Below, piece after piece: positions 1 through 12,532 of a DNA stretch of 64,000 nucleotides (positions within the stretch are counted from its first letter, which is position 1; each line of letters begins with the position of its first letter). The translations under genes were made by a program, and so were the position numbers. Below the pieces are notes generated by a model. The model did not search any database, was not told where the DNA came from, and worked only from the letters and a program-made list of their open reading frames with translations. Source of the DNA: the human T2T-CHM13v2.0 reference genome, Homo sapiens; assembly GCF_009914755.1 (NCBI RefSeq), contig NC_060930.1; one strand, written 5' to 3'.

Positions 1-1621
1 GCCCTTTCAGAATGTGTTTTGTTTTCCTTGGTGTTTTTCTGTAAAGCCGTTCATCTGCCTAAAGTGAAGATTTGGGACTGCTAGAATTCAAGTGATAGCC
101 ACTATGCTTCACTAAAAGAGTCCCTAAAGATATTACCACTTTCTTTCTTCTGAATAATTCACATAAAATGCTGCTAGGTACAGATGAGCAAGGCACGTAT
201 CTTCAAAGGAAGGTGGTGGCAGCATCTTGTCATGGGGCATTGAAACCAAGTGGGGTGAGGAGGAAGTCTGTGCAGGGTGGGAAATGGCAGCAGCTTGTCA
301 AGGGTGCTGGAGCCTGAGCATGTTAAAATTATCTCTAGTGTTTCAAATAATTATTCAAGGTTATTCTCTACATCTGGATAGATTTTTTAAAACACTTTGT
401 AAAGGGGCAGGCAAAATGTGTGTGTGTTTTTGTGTGTTTAAATGGACTCGTGCAGCTACATCAGATTACGCTCTTTTCTGTATGTCAAACAGCTAGTTGT
501 CATTACTGCTTTTTAAAAAATAAATCTTCAACTAAAATACGATTTACAATTAATTCATCTAATCATTCTATGACTGTTTCTATTACCAAAAATTTGCATA
601 TAAAAGAAGCTCCCTAATGAAAAAGAATTTGCTATATTTCATTATTAAAACGAATACATAAAAAAGTTTGATATGCTATTTAAGACAGTTGTATCAGGAA
701 GTGTACTGTAGAGCAGAAAAATTGAGGATGGATTTAAAAGCAAAACAAAATAAAGCATTTATTTTGCATTCAAACTACATTAAGGAAAATTCTTTGCAAA
801 ATTTAATTGCAATTTTCAAATATTTCCAGTAATTTCTTGGAGATGACTATGATCTAGGAAAGTCATTAGCATACCCAACTTTAGCTATTACTCCATTATA
901 TCTCAATCTAGTGACTGTGACAATACCTTCCTATGATGTTTGCTAGGAAGGAGTAGCAAGGTCAGAAGCAGTGCTTTACCTTCCAGTAAACCCCCAGGGT
1001 TTCACTGTCAGGGAACTTTACCAATCCTGGGGAGTTTAATCATCCTCAGCTCCCTCTCTCTTACTATTTTATTCAAATATACCCTGGAGCACTTGACTGC
1101 CAATACTCTACTTGCCCCCAGTCACGTTCCCAGTGTCTTCCAAAAAGGAAAAGCAAACTATAGGAGAAGAGTGACCACCATTTGATAGAAAATCCATATA
1201 TTAAGGATACTTTATTGGCAAGATTGCTAGTTAGCATCTTCATACTTTCAAAACAATTTGAGCTGAAAGGAAAAGTGTCTCATACTTTAACCTGACCAAC
1301 TACCCATTATCTTTTATTGCCTCCAGCGTTCTTTAGAGTATTCCTTAAATTCACTGTTGGTTCTTCAATTTCTAACTTGCACCTGACTTGCCTGTTTAGA
1401 TATAGATGTTTTCTTCAGTTGAAGAATGCGTTTAAGTTAGAAAGATTGGCTTTCTTTTCTCTGTGAGTATGTCTTCCATTTATTAATTAGAAATTGTTTT
1501 ATTCAAATATCTGGCATTTCCCCCTTCAGATATTAGTAAATATTTATAATTAGATTTCTATCTTTTTATTTATCTTTGCACCCACAGTTGGCATAATTCC
1601 GCTTCTAAAACTAAGAAATAA

Positions 1622-1850
1622 TAATTACCATTAATATATTGAATGTTCTTTATATTCAAGTCATTGTGCTGGTATTTTATAACCAGGACATCATTAAATC
1701 TTTGCAGCACCAGAAACGGTAGGAATAATTAATAATATCATAATGTAGATGGGAAGCTGGGATTCTTTGAAGTTATTAGTTTGTCGAAGAGCCCCTGTAA
1801 TTGGCAAGGCCAAAATCTGTACAAAGCCTGTCTAATTCTAGAGCTTGAGC
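1622..1850 (-). mobile_element. MIR SINE, degenerate
   Basis: Diverged match to the antisense MIR pattern (attgaatgttct...tgtgctgg...gtagatgggaagctggg...gcctgtctaattctagagc). Confidence 0.45.
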
Positions 1851-2059
1851 TTGGCAGGATCTCATCAAGAATTTGCTAACAATTTCCTTTGGCTTTCTCA
1901 CTTTTATCAGAAGTTCAAATTTAACTGATCTATGACTATCTTATTGTAACCTGCTGGCAAATATCCCTAACATTTTTTTTCACAATCACTACTGATTAAG
2001 ACCAATATTTGAAAAAAAAATTGTTCATTGCTACCTGTAGCACAGGTATCTACATATAG

Positions 2060-2427
2060 CTATGGCTATAGTTATAGATATACACATGTAGATTTAAGTA
2101 AAGGGCTTTTATGATTGTGTGGACTGGTAAATCTAGAATCTGTAGGGAAGACCAACAGGCTGGAAACTCAGGTGGGAGTTAATGCTTCAGTCTTGAAGCC
2201 AAATTTCTACTTCACTAGAAATCTTTAGATTTCACTCTTAAGGCCTTTAATTGATTAGATGTGGCCCATTCACATTATTGAAGGTGATTTTCTTTACTTA
2301 AAGTCAACTTGTTTTAGATGTTAACTACATCTATAAAATACCTTTATAGAAATACCTAGATTATTGTTTGATTAAATAACTAGGTACTATAGCTTACCCA
2401 AGTTGATATATAGAATTAACCATTACA
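2060..2427 (-). mobile_element. MLT2-family (ERVL) LTR, MLT2C/D-like
   Basis: Ends caagttgatatatagaattaaccattaca, the reverse of the MLT2 start tgtgatggttaattttatgtgtcaacttg; internal tacttaaagtcaact...aaataccttt motif. Confidence 0.7.
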
Positions 2428-3125
2428 CTACCTATAACAAGAAGCTGGAATTTCTTTTCATAAGAAATTGTAATAACCAATTTAATGTAGTAATTTACTA
2501 AATGTAAATATGGAAAAATTAACCCCTCCAATGGCATAGCTTCAAAGATTTGTAAATTTCTTAACCAAATATGAAAATATTGAGTTAGTTGTATAATCCT
2601 GATCAGACTTACAAAACCCTATTCATGAGTTTTAACTATTTAAGTATGACATATTGAGTCACAATGATTCTGAAGACGTTTACAACTCAAGAAATTTAAT
2701 TTGCCATTGATATTCACTTTGGTCTTCATGCACATGCTATATGTATTCACGTCACCTGTTTCTGTCATTCATTACACTATCCAATCAGACAAATTATTTT
2801 TGAAAAGTACTAACATTATATGATATTGAAGTCTTTGCAACCAAATGTTATAATTTTCCTAATCAACTTTTTATTGATAGCATTATTATGAAATATTTGT
2901 TGGTTTTCATTTGATATGCTTCCACATCATTTAGTTATTTTATTAGATTGATCAAATCATCCATTGGTTCATTCATGTATTAAAGATTATTGAACATATT
3001 GTAGGTACTGAGAATACAGTGGTGGGAAAAGAGAAATTGTTCTTACCCATAGAGTTTAGTTGTTTTGAGAGAAAGTGATTGCATTATTATTTCCATAATA
3101 TTTCCCCTGCCCCCCCCCCCCCCGC

Positions 3126-3393
3126 TTTTTTTTTTCCAAGCTGGAGTGCTATGGCTCGATCTGGGCTCACTGCAACCTCTGCCTCCTGGGTTCAAGCGAA
3201 TCTCCTGCCTCAGCTTCCTGAGTAGCTGAGATTACAGGCACCTGCCACCACGCTTGGCTAATTTTTGTATTTTTAGTAGAGACGGGTTTCACCATGCTGG
3301 CCAGGCTCGTCTCAAACTCTCAACCTCAGGAGATCTGCCCACCTCGGGCTTCCAAAGTGCTGGGATTACAGGTGTGAGTCACCAAGCCCAGCC
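3126..3393 (-). mobile_element. AluS (Sx-like), lacking ~20 nt at its 3' end
   Basis: Antisense dimeric Alu; T tail joins directly to ccaagctggagtg; probable TSD aatatt(t)ccc. Confidence 0.9.
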
Positions 3394-3755
3394 AATATTC
3401 CCTTTTTTGACACCATATCTTATCCATCAATAAATTGTCTTGGCACACTCTTCGAATTCTTTTCTAGAGCTTCAAAACATCTTTCCACCTCCACTGTACT
3501 TTTCTGGCACAAACTGACATCATCTCTGGTCTGTGTTACTGGTTACTGCTGTCACTTCCTATCTGGTTCCTCCTGCTCCTGCTGTCCTAGGTACTCCGTT
3601 GGTCTCCTTGCTCTGAAGCAAATTATGTGTATTTATGAGAAATAATGGGATGTTTTAATATGTATACATTGTGGAAAGTGTCAGTGAAGCTAATGAACTT
3701 ATCTGTCACCTCACTAACATCATTTTTTATGGTGAGGATATTAAAATCTATTATT

Positions 3756-4039
3756 ATTATTATCATTTTGATACAGGGTCTTACTCTGTGACCCAGGAGT
3801 AGAGTGCAGTGGTGTGATCCAACCTCTCCTCCTGGGCTCAAGTGATTCTAGTACCTCAGCCTCCCGAGTAGCTGAGACTACAGGCGTGTGCGACCACACC
3901 CAGCCTGTTTCTGTATTTTTAGTAGAGACAGGTTTTGCCATGTTGCCCAGGCGTCTCTCAAACTTCCGAGCTCAAGCAATCCACCTGCCTCAGACTCCCA
4001 AAGTGCTGGGATTTCAGGTGTGAGCCACCGTGCCCAGCC
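3756..4039 (-). mobile_element. AluJ
   Basis: Antisense Alu with J-type gttgcccagg and ctcaagcaatcc; 13-bp TSD AAAATCTATTATT at 3743-3755 and 4041-4053. Confidence 0.9.
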
Positions 4040-4786
4040 AAAAATCTATTATTTTAGCAATTTTTAATTAATATATTGTTAACTGTAGTCACCATGCAGT
4101 GCATTAGACCACTAAAACTTTATCCTCCAGTCTAACTGAATATTTGCATAATTTAATCAACAGCTCTCCTTTCCCCATTCTTCTCACTCCCCACATCTAG
4201 CCTCTGGTAACCACCTTTCTACTTCCTGTTTCTGTGACATTGACTTTTTTAGATATCACATATAAATGAGATCATACAATAATTGTCTTTCTACGCCTGG
4301 CTTATTTCACTTAGCATAATGTCTTCCAGTTCCATTTGTTTCATGCTGTTGCAAATGGCAGAATTTCTTTCTTTTTTAATTCTTAATATTATTATATTAT
4401 ATGCACGTGCCATATTACCTTATTCATTCATTCATGGGCACTTAAATTGGTTTCTTATATTGACTACTGTGAATACTGCTGAAATTAACATGGGAGTGCA
4501 GATATCTTTTCAACATACCTATTTCAATTCCTTTGTATGCATACTCAGAATTGGAGTTGCTGGATCATATGGGAATTTTAATTTTAGATTTTGGAAAAAC
4601 ATTCACACTATGTTCCAAAATGACTTTGTAATTTACATTCCTATCAACATTTTACAAGGATTCCCTTTCCTCCATATTCTCACCAACACTTGTTATCATT
4701 TACCCTTTTGATAATCTCCATTCTCACAGGTGTAAGGTGATATTGTGATTTTAATTTGAATTTCCTGGTGATTAGAGACTTTTAGC

Positions 4787-4895
4787 ATATATATATTATA
4801 AAAAATATATATAATATATATATAATATATATAAAATATATATTATATATATTATAAAATTTATATATAATATATTATATATTATATATATAATT
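4787..4895. repeat. Pure A/T (TA-based) low-complexity tract inside L1
   Basis: ~105 bp of A/T only. Confidence 0.9.
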
Positions 4896-6384
4896 CATAT
4901 CCCTTTTGAAAAGAAATGGTTATTCAGATTCTTTGCCCTTTTTAAATCAAGCAATTTGATTACTTACTATTGAGTGGTTCAAGTTGCTTATATATTTTTG
5001 ATATTAACCCCTTGCCAGATGTATGGTTTACAAATATTTTCTCTAATATGTGGGCTATCATGTCAATCTATTAACTGTTTTCTATTCTGTGCAGAAGCAT
5101 TTTAGTTTGGTGCAAAGCCAATTGTCTATTTTTGCTTTTGTTAACCTGTGCTTTGGGTGTCCTATCTAAGAAATCATTGTCCAGACCAAGGTTGTGGAGA
5201 TTTCCCCCAATGTCTTCTTCTATAAGCTTTACTGTTTCATGTCATACATTTAAGTTCTTTATCATTTTGAGTTGATTTTTGTCTATGGTATAAGTGCCCA
5301 ATTTCATTTATTTCTTTTTTTTTTTTTTGCTTATGGATATCCAATTTTGCCATCATTATTTATTAAAGATATTGTCATTTTTCCATTATGTGTTCTTAGC
5401 ACATTTGTCAAAAAACAATTAACCATAAATACTTGGATTTATATCTGGGTTTTCTATCCTGTTCCATTCGCCAATATGTCTGTTTTTATGTCAGTATCTG
5501 TTTGATTTTTATAGCTTTACAATAGATTTTCATATCACATAGTGTGATGGCTCAAGCTTTATTCTTTTTGCTGAAGATTGCTTTGCTATTTGGGGTCTTT
5601 AATGGTTGCATACATATATGAGGATTTTTTTCCATTTCTGTTAAAAAAATTAGAATTTTGAAGAGATTATAATAATTTTAGATGGTTTTAGGTAACATGA
5701 CCATTTTAACAATATTAATTTTTTCCATCAGTAAAAATGAGATATCTTTCCATTTATTTGTGTCTTCTATTTCATTCATCAATATTTTATGGTTTTCAGT
5801 GTATAGGTCTTTCACCTCTTTGGATACATTAGTTCTAATTATTATTATTCTTGTTATTATTGCTGTTGAAAATAAAATTCTTTTCTTCATTTTTTTCAGA
5901 TAGTTGATTTTTAGTGAATAGAAATGCTATCGATTTTTGCACATGGATTTTGTATCCTATGACCTTACTAAATTTATTTATTATTTCTAACAGTTTTTTT
6001 GGTGGAGATTTTAGGGGTTTTTATATATAAGATTATGTCATCAGCAAACAGAAACCATATCAGTTTATCACTGGGATAAATCCTACTTAATCAAGATGAA
6101 TGATCTTTTTAACATGTTGTTGATCTTTGTTGGTATTTTATTGAGGATTTTTGCGTCTGTGTAGATCCGTCAGGGATATTGGCCTGTAGTTGTTGTTGTT
6201 GCCGTTTTTCCATGTAGTATCCTTGTCATGTTTTGACATCAGGATAATGCTGACATTATAAAATGATTTTGGAAGTAATAACTTCTCTTTAATTTTTTGG
6301 AAGAAGTCTATGAAGCTATCAGTTCCTAGACATTTTTAATAGCAGACATTTTGTCATTTATAAGAATTGTTGGCTTAAATTGCA

Positions 6385-6551
6385 ATTTGAAATTTTGTAT
6401 TACTTATTATTCATGCCAGTATGGTAAATAAAGCACATTGATCCATTTGCTAGACAATTTTAAAATTTTATATTTAAAATTTTATATTATTTATTATGCA
6501 TGCCCATATGGTAAACAAAGTACACTGATCCACTTGCTAGGCAATTTTAAA
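6385..6551. repeat. Diverged 87-bp-period tandem duplication
   Basis: 6385-6464 aligns with 6472-6551, about 11 mismatches in 80 bp. Confidence 0.85.
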
Positions 6552-8337
6552 GAACAATTTTGTGGACATTTAACAGTTGCTAGCACAATTCTCAAATAAG
6601 GAAATTTTTCTCGCTTTCTTTTAAATGTTTTAAAATTTTTTAACAGTACAAAAATTTGAATGCCTGGGGATATGATTCTGGATATACTCATTCCAACTTG
6701 CCTGTACAAGTGACCATACAGCCATTAAGCTATAAAACTCATTTCCTGGCCCAAAAATATAAAAGGTAAATGTCCTTAATACTTCCGATAAAAGACCTCA
6801 GGACTTCACTGAATTTATTCTCTTGTAATCTGAGAAATTCTTATTATTCAGTTCTAAACGTGAGAACTGTCTTAGCACTTAGGTTAACTAGTCATCTAAG
6901 AAAAAAAAGTAAAAACTATTTTAAACATTTCAAAACAGATATTTTCAAGACTTAATATATAAGCATGATTATATCTGCGCTGAAATTTTTGACTCTTAGA
7001 AACACATTTGGAGGTTTGTATATTATTTAGGTTGCATACTCTGGGTTTTTATGACAACTGATAATTTCCTTTTAAATTTCTAAAAAAATAATCATCCAAA
7101 CTTCTATAGTATTTGTAAAGCCCTTTAGAATTGTTTCTGTTGTTGTTCATTTCTTTCTGCTCACAGAAACTAGCCTTCAGTACCTGACTGTAGATAGCTG
7201 TTCCGTGATAAATTTGTACACAGAACTATTACAATGACAGTGAAAATCATGTATTTCTTACAGTGGGAGGTAATCAAGGTAGCCATCCAAAATCATTTAT
7301 GTATTTATTTATTTATTTATTTATTTATTTTATGTGATGAAACATTTTTATTAAATTATAAGGTCTACAAATATCTACAAATAGTTATTGTCAGCTTAAT
7401 ACTACTCTGGTTTTAATAAGAGGAAAAAAACAGGTAAGAAGGATGTTAATAACATGTGTTCCAGGCTGGAAGGAGGAATAAGTGATATTTGTCTATTTCA
7501 AATTTCCAAATATCATAACATAAAATTGGAAAGATTTTCCTTAGTAAATTTCTGTGTAACTTTTATTAAACATTTTCACAGAGAAAAATGTCCGCAATAT
7601 TAGATGCTAAAAGTATTTTTAAAACACTTTTGAATACTCTCAGCTGATCAAAACACCTAGAACTTTACATGTAAGCAATTTGTTATTTTCACATTATCTG
7701 TGGTTTATTTTCCTACAAATCAGTATGTGTTTCCTGTTGCATAAGTGAAAATTGTCCTATTTATCATTTCCTTATTGCATCCTATATTTGCATAAAATAT
7801 TGAAATTACTCCCACTTTATTTAACTTAGTATACCAGAACCCTTTTCAATCCATTGAATTAAACTCAATGTTATTTGAAAAACCTCGAAAACAAATGATG
7901 TTAACGCAGCTGTCACTGTGAGCTAGTTCAGAGCATTTATGTATTTTTTCTGTGGCACTTCCACTCAGTGCGCATGTCACCTAGTTTTTAAATTAAAAAT
8001 GCAGTAATACTTTCCTTAAGATATTAATAATTTGTCATGTTTTCAAATATAAACGAGATGATATAAGAACAAACTATGTACTGTAAATTATATTGAGAAA
8101 TCAATGTAAATTATAAATCAAGTGCTATTATTAAACTTATTATACTTGTAATATTGTCTTCTTTGTAAAAATGGTCATAGTCGTGGTTATGGCATCAAAA
8201 TTCTATGCCTTTTCTTATTTTAGATTTTTTTTCCTAAATATTGCTGCCCATCTACAGTGAGAAATTATCTAGGCTTATCATTTTGTGTTTCATAAAATGA
8301 TAATATATAATGATTCTATATGAATGATGACAGTATA

Positions 8338-9340
8338 CAGTTGACCCTTAAAAAATATGAGTTTAAACTGCATGTGAACACTAAACGTGAATGTTTTTCA
8401 ATAAATATATTGGAAAGTTTGGGGGAGATTTGTGACAATTTGAAAAACATGCAGACAATCAGTATAGCCTAGAAATATCAACAATTATTTTTAAAAGTTA
8501 GGTATGTCATGAAGACATAGAATGTCAGTAGATACCAGTTTATTTTATTATTTGCTACCATCAGATATAACAAATCTGTTATACAAAGTAAATATTTATC
8601 AAAACATAGAACACAGACCATACATGGCTCCATTAGCTGTCAAGAGAAAGGGGAACAAACTTAAAGATGCAATATTAATTCATAACTGCATAAAGTTAAC
8701 TGTAGTACATACTCTACTACTTTTATAATTGTGTAACCACCTTCTGTTGCTGTTGCAGTGGGCTCATGTGTTGCGAGTATCCACTTATAACACCATGTGA
8801 TGCTAATCATCTTTGTGTGAGTAGTTCCTTTCTCCAGCAAATTGTGATTCACTGTAAAAAGCGATCTCCCACATTTCTTGAGTATTTTTTATCATGTTTA
8901 GTGCTATACCATAAACCTTGAATAACACCGTTGAAGCCAAACAAAATGCCACTAGTGATGCTAGAATTGCTCCCAAGCATCAAAGTTACCACATTACAAG
9001 AAAAGTTGAATTGCTTGATATGTACCATAGATTGAGGTTTGCCTGCCATTTCAGACAGGTGATAAAACTTGTAAAGAGATGCTGTAAACTAATGGGACTG
9101 ATTTTCTCTTCCTTATGATTCTCTTAATAACATTTTATTTTCTCTAACTTTATTGTAAGAACACAGTAATATAATAAATATACAAAATATGTGTTAACCA
9201 TCTGTTTGTGTTATCAGGAAACCTTCCAGCCAACAGTAGGCTATTAGTAGCTAAGTTTTTGGGGAGTCAAAATTATACATAGAATTTCGACTGTATGGGG
9301 GTCACCACTCTTAACTCACAAGCTGTTCAGGTATCAACTG
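8338..9340. mobile_element. Tigger2-family non-autonomous DNA transposon (Tigger2b-like)
   Basis: TIRs CAGTTGACCCTT... and ...GTTCAGGTATCAACTG, both flanked by TA; ORF 8918..9118 contains a transposase N-terminus-like remnant (ITRKVELLDMYHRLR). Confidence 0.85.
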
Positions 9341-9564
9341 TATATCTTCTAGAAGACTGACATGTGAAGGCTATAATGAATTTAATGCTTAAAATCTTTT
9401 CTATCTATTGACATAGTTTCCTATAGAGTTTTACTAGCAAAACTCTTTAGGAAATCCACGAATGCGATGGAATTTCACCATAGTAATTTGCTCTATTTAA
9501 TTGGTAACGACGGGAAGGGGTGTGCTTGTTACAAGGGGAAGGATTTTACTTGCCTTCTAGTCAT

Positions 9565-10020
9565 ACTATTGGTGAGGAAGAGATTCCCATCCCAAGATTG
9601 GAGGGATAGGCAAACACACTACATCTGACACTGGAACAATAAACTCAGCAGCAGTTTGTTAGTTACATACACTTATAGCCTGGAGGAGGAGCAGATCACA
9701 TGTCATGCAGGACCACATGGGGCCACAGGGGAGTTGTGCTCCAGAACTGAGTGAACAACCAGGGTCTCCACAGGAGATTGTTATTTGGTTATTTGAATAG
9801 TTTCACAGACTGACAAATAACTGAAACCTGCTACTCAAGGATAAGTGGGAAGCACATCTAGTCAATTTATTAAGCAGGGTTGTTGGCTAGAAGACCTTAT
9901 CCATCAGGGAAGAATGGGGATTGGAAGTTGTGGTTAGACAATTTGAGGCCCTCCTGGCTTCCCCCATTTGTCTAAGCAGCACTTAATATTGGTCCTTAAT
10001 ATTAGACCTTTTACCGTGGG
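9565..10020 (-). mobile_element. ERVL LTR, MER76-like
   Basis: Reverse complement aggtctaatattaaggaccaatattaagtgctgc...ggagggcctcaaattgtctaaccac resembles the recalled MER76 start. Confidence 0.55.
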
Positions 10021-10209
10021 CAATAAGTGTTGTAATGGAACTGGTTAGGAGAAAAAAAATGCTGCTCTACATTTAAGAAAGCCTGTGCATTAATCAAAAT
10101 TTCTAAATATATTATCTGCACGTCCTCAAAAAGTAATCCAACTCTTGGAATTTGTTTTCCTCAAGGATGTAACAGAAAAACTAATACTTGAACTATGTCT
10201 CTTACAGTC

Positions 10210-12225
10210 TTTTTTTTAATTTAAACTTCTCATTTTGAGAGATGATTGTAAAGTCACATGTACCTGTAAAGAGTAATACAAACATCTCTTGTACACCTAA
10301 TCTAGGTTCCTCCAGTGATAACATCTTGAAATACAATGTAAATCTAGTACAATATCACAACCAGGGTATTGACATTGATACAGTCCAGATACAGAACATT
10401 TCCATCTTCATAGGGATCCATTCTGTTTCCCTCTTACAGCGACACTTTCATCCCTTCATATTTCCATTCCTGAGCCCTGACAACTCTCCATCTGCCCTTC
10501 ATCTCTAGAATTTTGTCATTGCAAAACATTTTATAAAATTAAACCATACAGCGACATTTTGGATTAACTTTTTTCACTCAGTGCAATTCCTTGGTGATTT
10601 ATTCAAGCTGTTCTTTATAGCAATATTCCATTCATTTACATCTCAGAGTATTGTTATATAGCATGGAGGATCTACAGTTTGTTTAATTATCTGTATATTT
10701 GGTGATCATCTACATTGTTTCCAGTTCTGGATTGTTTTCTGTCTATTGTGATTAAAGCTGTTATGAATATTTATGTATAGATCTTGTATAAAGATACATC
10801 TGATTTCTCTGAGATATAAGCTCAAGAGTGTAATTTCTGGGTCATGTGATATTTTATTTAAAAATTTTCAAACTGTTTTCCAGAGTGAATGTACCACTTC
10901 ACACTCCCATCAGCAGTGTATGAGTGATCCAGTGCCTTCAGGTCATCACCAGGATTTGGTGATGTCACTATCTTTTTTTTTTGTAAATTTTAGCCTTTCT
11001 GATGTACAATGCTCACTGTGGTTTTAATTGGCTTTTACTCGATGGCTAATGGTGTTAATTATTTGTGGAATTTTACTGACGTTTTTATGGCTTATTGCTA
11101 TCTGTATAAACTATTTGGTGAAATTTCTGACGTATTTTGCCAATTTTCAATTTGGATTTGTGTGTTTTGTTTTTTATTTATTTTTTACTGTTGGTGTTTG
11201 AATGTTCATTATGTATTCTAGATGTTAGTCTTTGACAGACATGCGGTTTGCAAATATTTACTCCCAGTCCATGGGCTGCTTTTTCATTTTCTTAACAGGG
11301 TCTTTTGAAGCACAAATCATCTTAAATTTAATTAGGTCTGATTTATCCATTTTTTTATTTTAGATGATAATTTTGGTATCAAATCTAAGACCTCATTGCT
11401 TAGGCCTGGATTCCAAATACATTGCCTTATGTGTTTTCTAAAAGTTTTATAATTTTATATTTCAATACCTGAATATATTTTAATATAAGGCATGTGGATT
11501 AATTGGAGGTTCATAGTTTCTCTTATGACTATCCTATTACTCTGGAACAATGCGATAAAAACACTATTTTTTCTTATTTAAATATGAGTCTGTCAAAAAG
11601 TCAGTTGACTATATTTTTATATTTGTGTTAATCTGTTTATAAGTTCTCTATTTTGTCTTTTATTTAACACATTGATTGATGTGTCTATTTATCTGCCAAT
11701 ATCACATTCCTGATTATTTTTATAGCTGTATAACAGACTTATGCAATAATGGGTTGAGTGATTTCTCCCATCTTATTTTTCATCAAGATTGTTTTAGCTC
11801 TTCTCTGACTTTAATATTTCCATATGAATATTAGAATAAGCTTATCTATGTCTATAAAAAATCTAGTAAAATATGACTTAAATTACATGAAATCCATAGA
11901 TTGATTTGGGGGAGAATAGACATCTTCACTGTGTTAAGTCTTCCAATCCATGAACACACTGTATCTCCCCATTTACTCAGGTTTTCTTTGATTTTTTGCA
12001 TCAGCTTTTTGTAATTTTAGCATATATATTTCATACAACTTTTTAATGTTTTTGCCTAAATGTTTTATTTTCTTTGGAGTGAGTATAAATGATGTTGTAT
12101 TTTTAATTTCGTCTCCACATGTTCCTTTTTAATCTACAGAAATATGACTGAGTTTTGCGTATCGATTGATCTTGTATCCTCCAATATTGGTGAACTCAAT
12201 TATTAGTTCTAGAAGGCTTTTGTTT
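10210..12225 (-). mobile_element. L1MC1/2-type L1, 3' portion
   Basis: T tail then tagtacaatatcacaaccagggtattgacattgatacagtcc, typical of L1MC 3' ends; antisense ORF2 motifs follow. Confidence 0.8.
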
Positions 12226-12253
12226 CTGATATACAAATATATATCACGGGGAT

Positions 12254-12289
<36 letters not shown>

Positions 12290-12309
12290 AATAAATATAT
12301 ATTATATAA

Positions 12310-12532
12310 AATTTTGTCATTGCAAAACATTTTGTAAAATTAAACCATACAGAGACATTTTGGATTAACTTTTTTCACTCAGTACAATTCCCTGGTGATT
12401 TATTCAAGCTGTTCTTTATGACAATAATCCATTCATTTACATCTCAGAGTATTGTTATATAGCATGGAGGATCTACCGTTTGTTTAATTATCTGTATATT
12501 TGGTGATCATCTAAATTGTTTCCAGTTCTGGA
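12310..12532 (+). repeat. 223-bp local direct duplication of 10509-10731
   Basis: Gap-free alignment at offset 1801, 9 mismatches. Confidence 0.95.

Larger units (their letters stand above)
3620..6345 (-). mobile_element. Old L1 (L1MA-type) 3' UTR and ORF2 3' part, interrupted by an Alu and an AT tract
   Basis: Antisense L1 motifs (gcttatttcacttagcataatgtc, gctggatcatatgg, gtgcagaagcattttagttt); ORF 5678..5890 resembles ORF2 (KEVKDLYTENHKILMNEIED). Confidence 0.85.

Noticed and set aside
4283-4711. 142-aa hydrophobic ORF
   Set aside because: Antisense reading of L1 3' sequence
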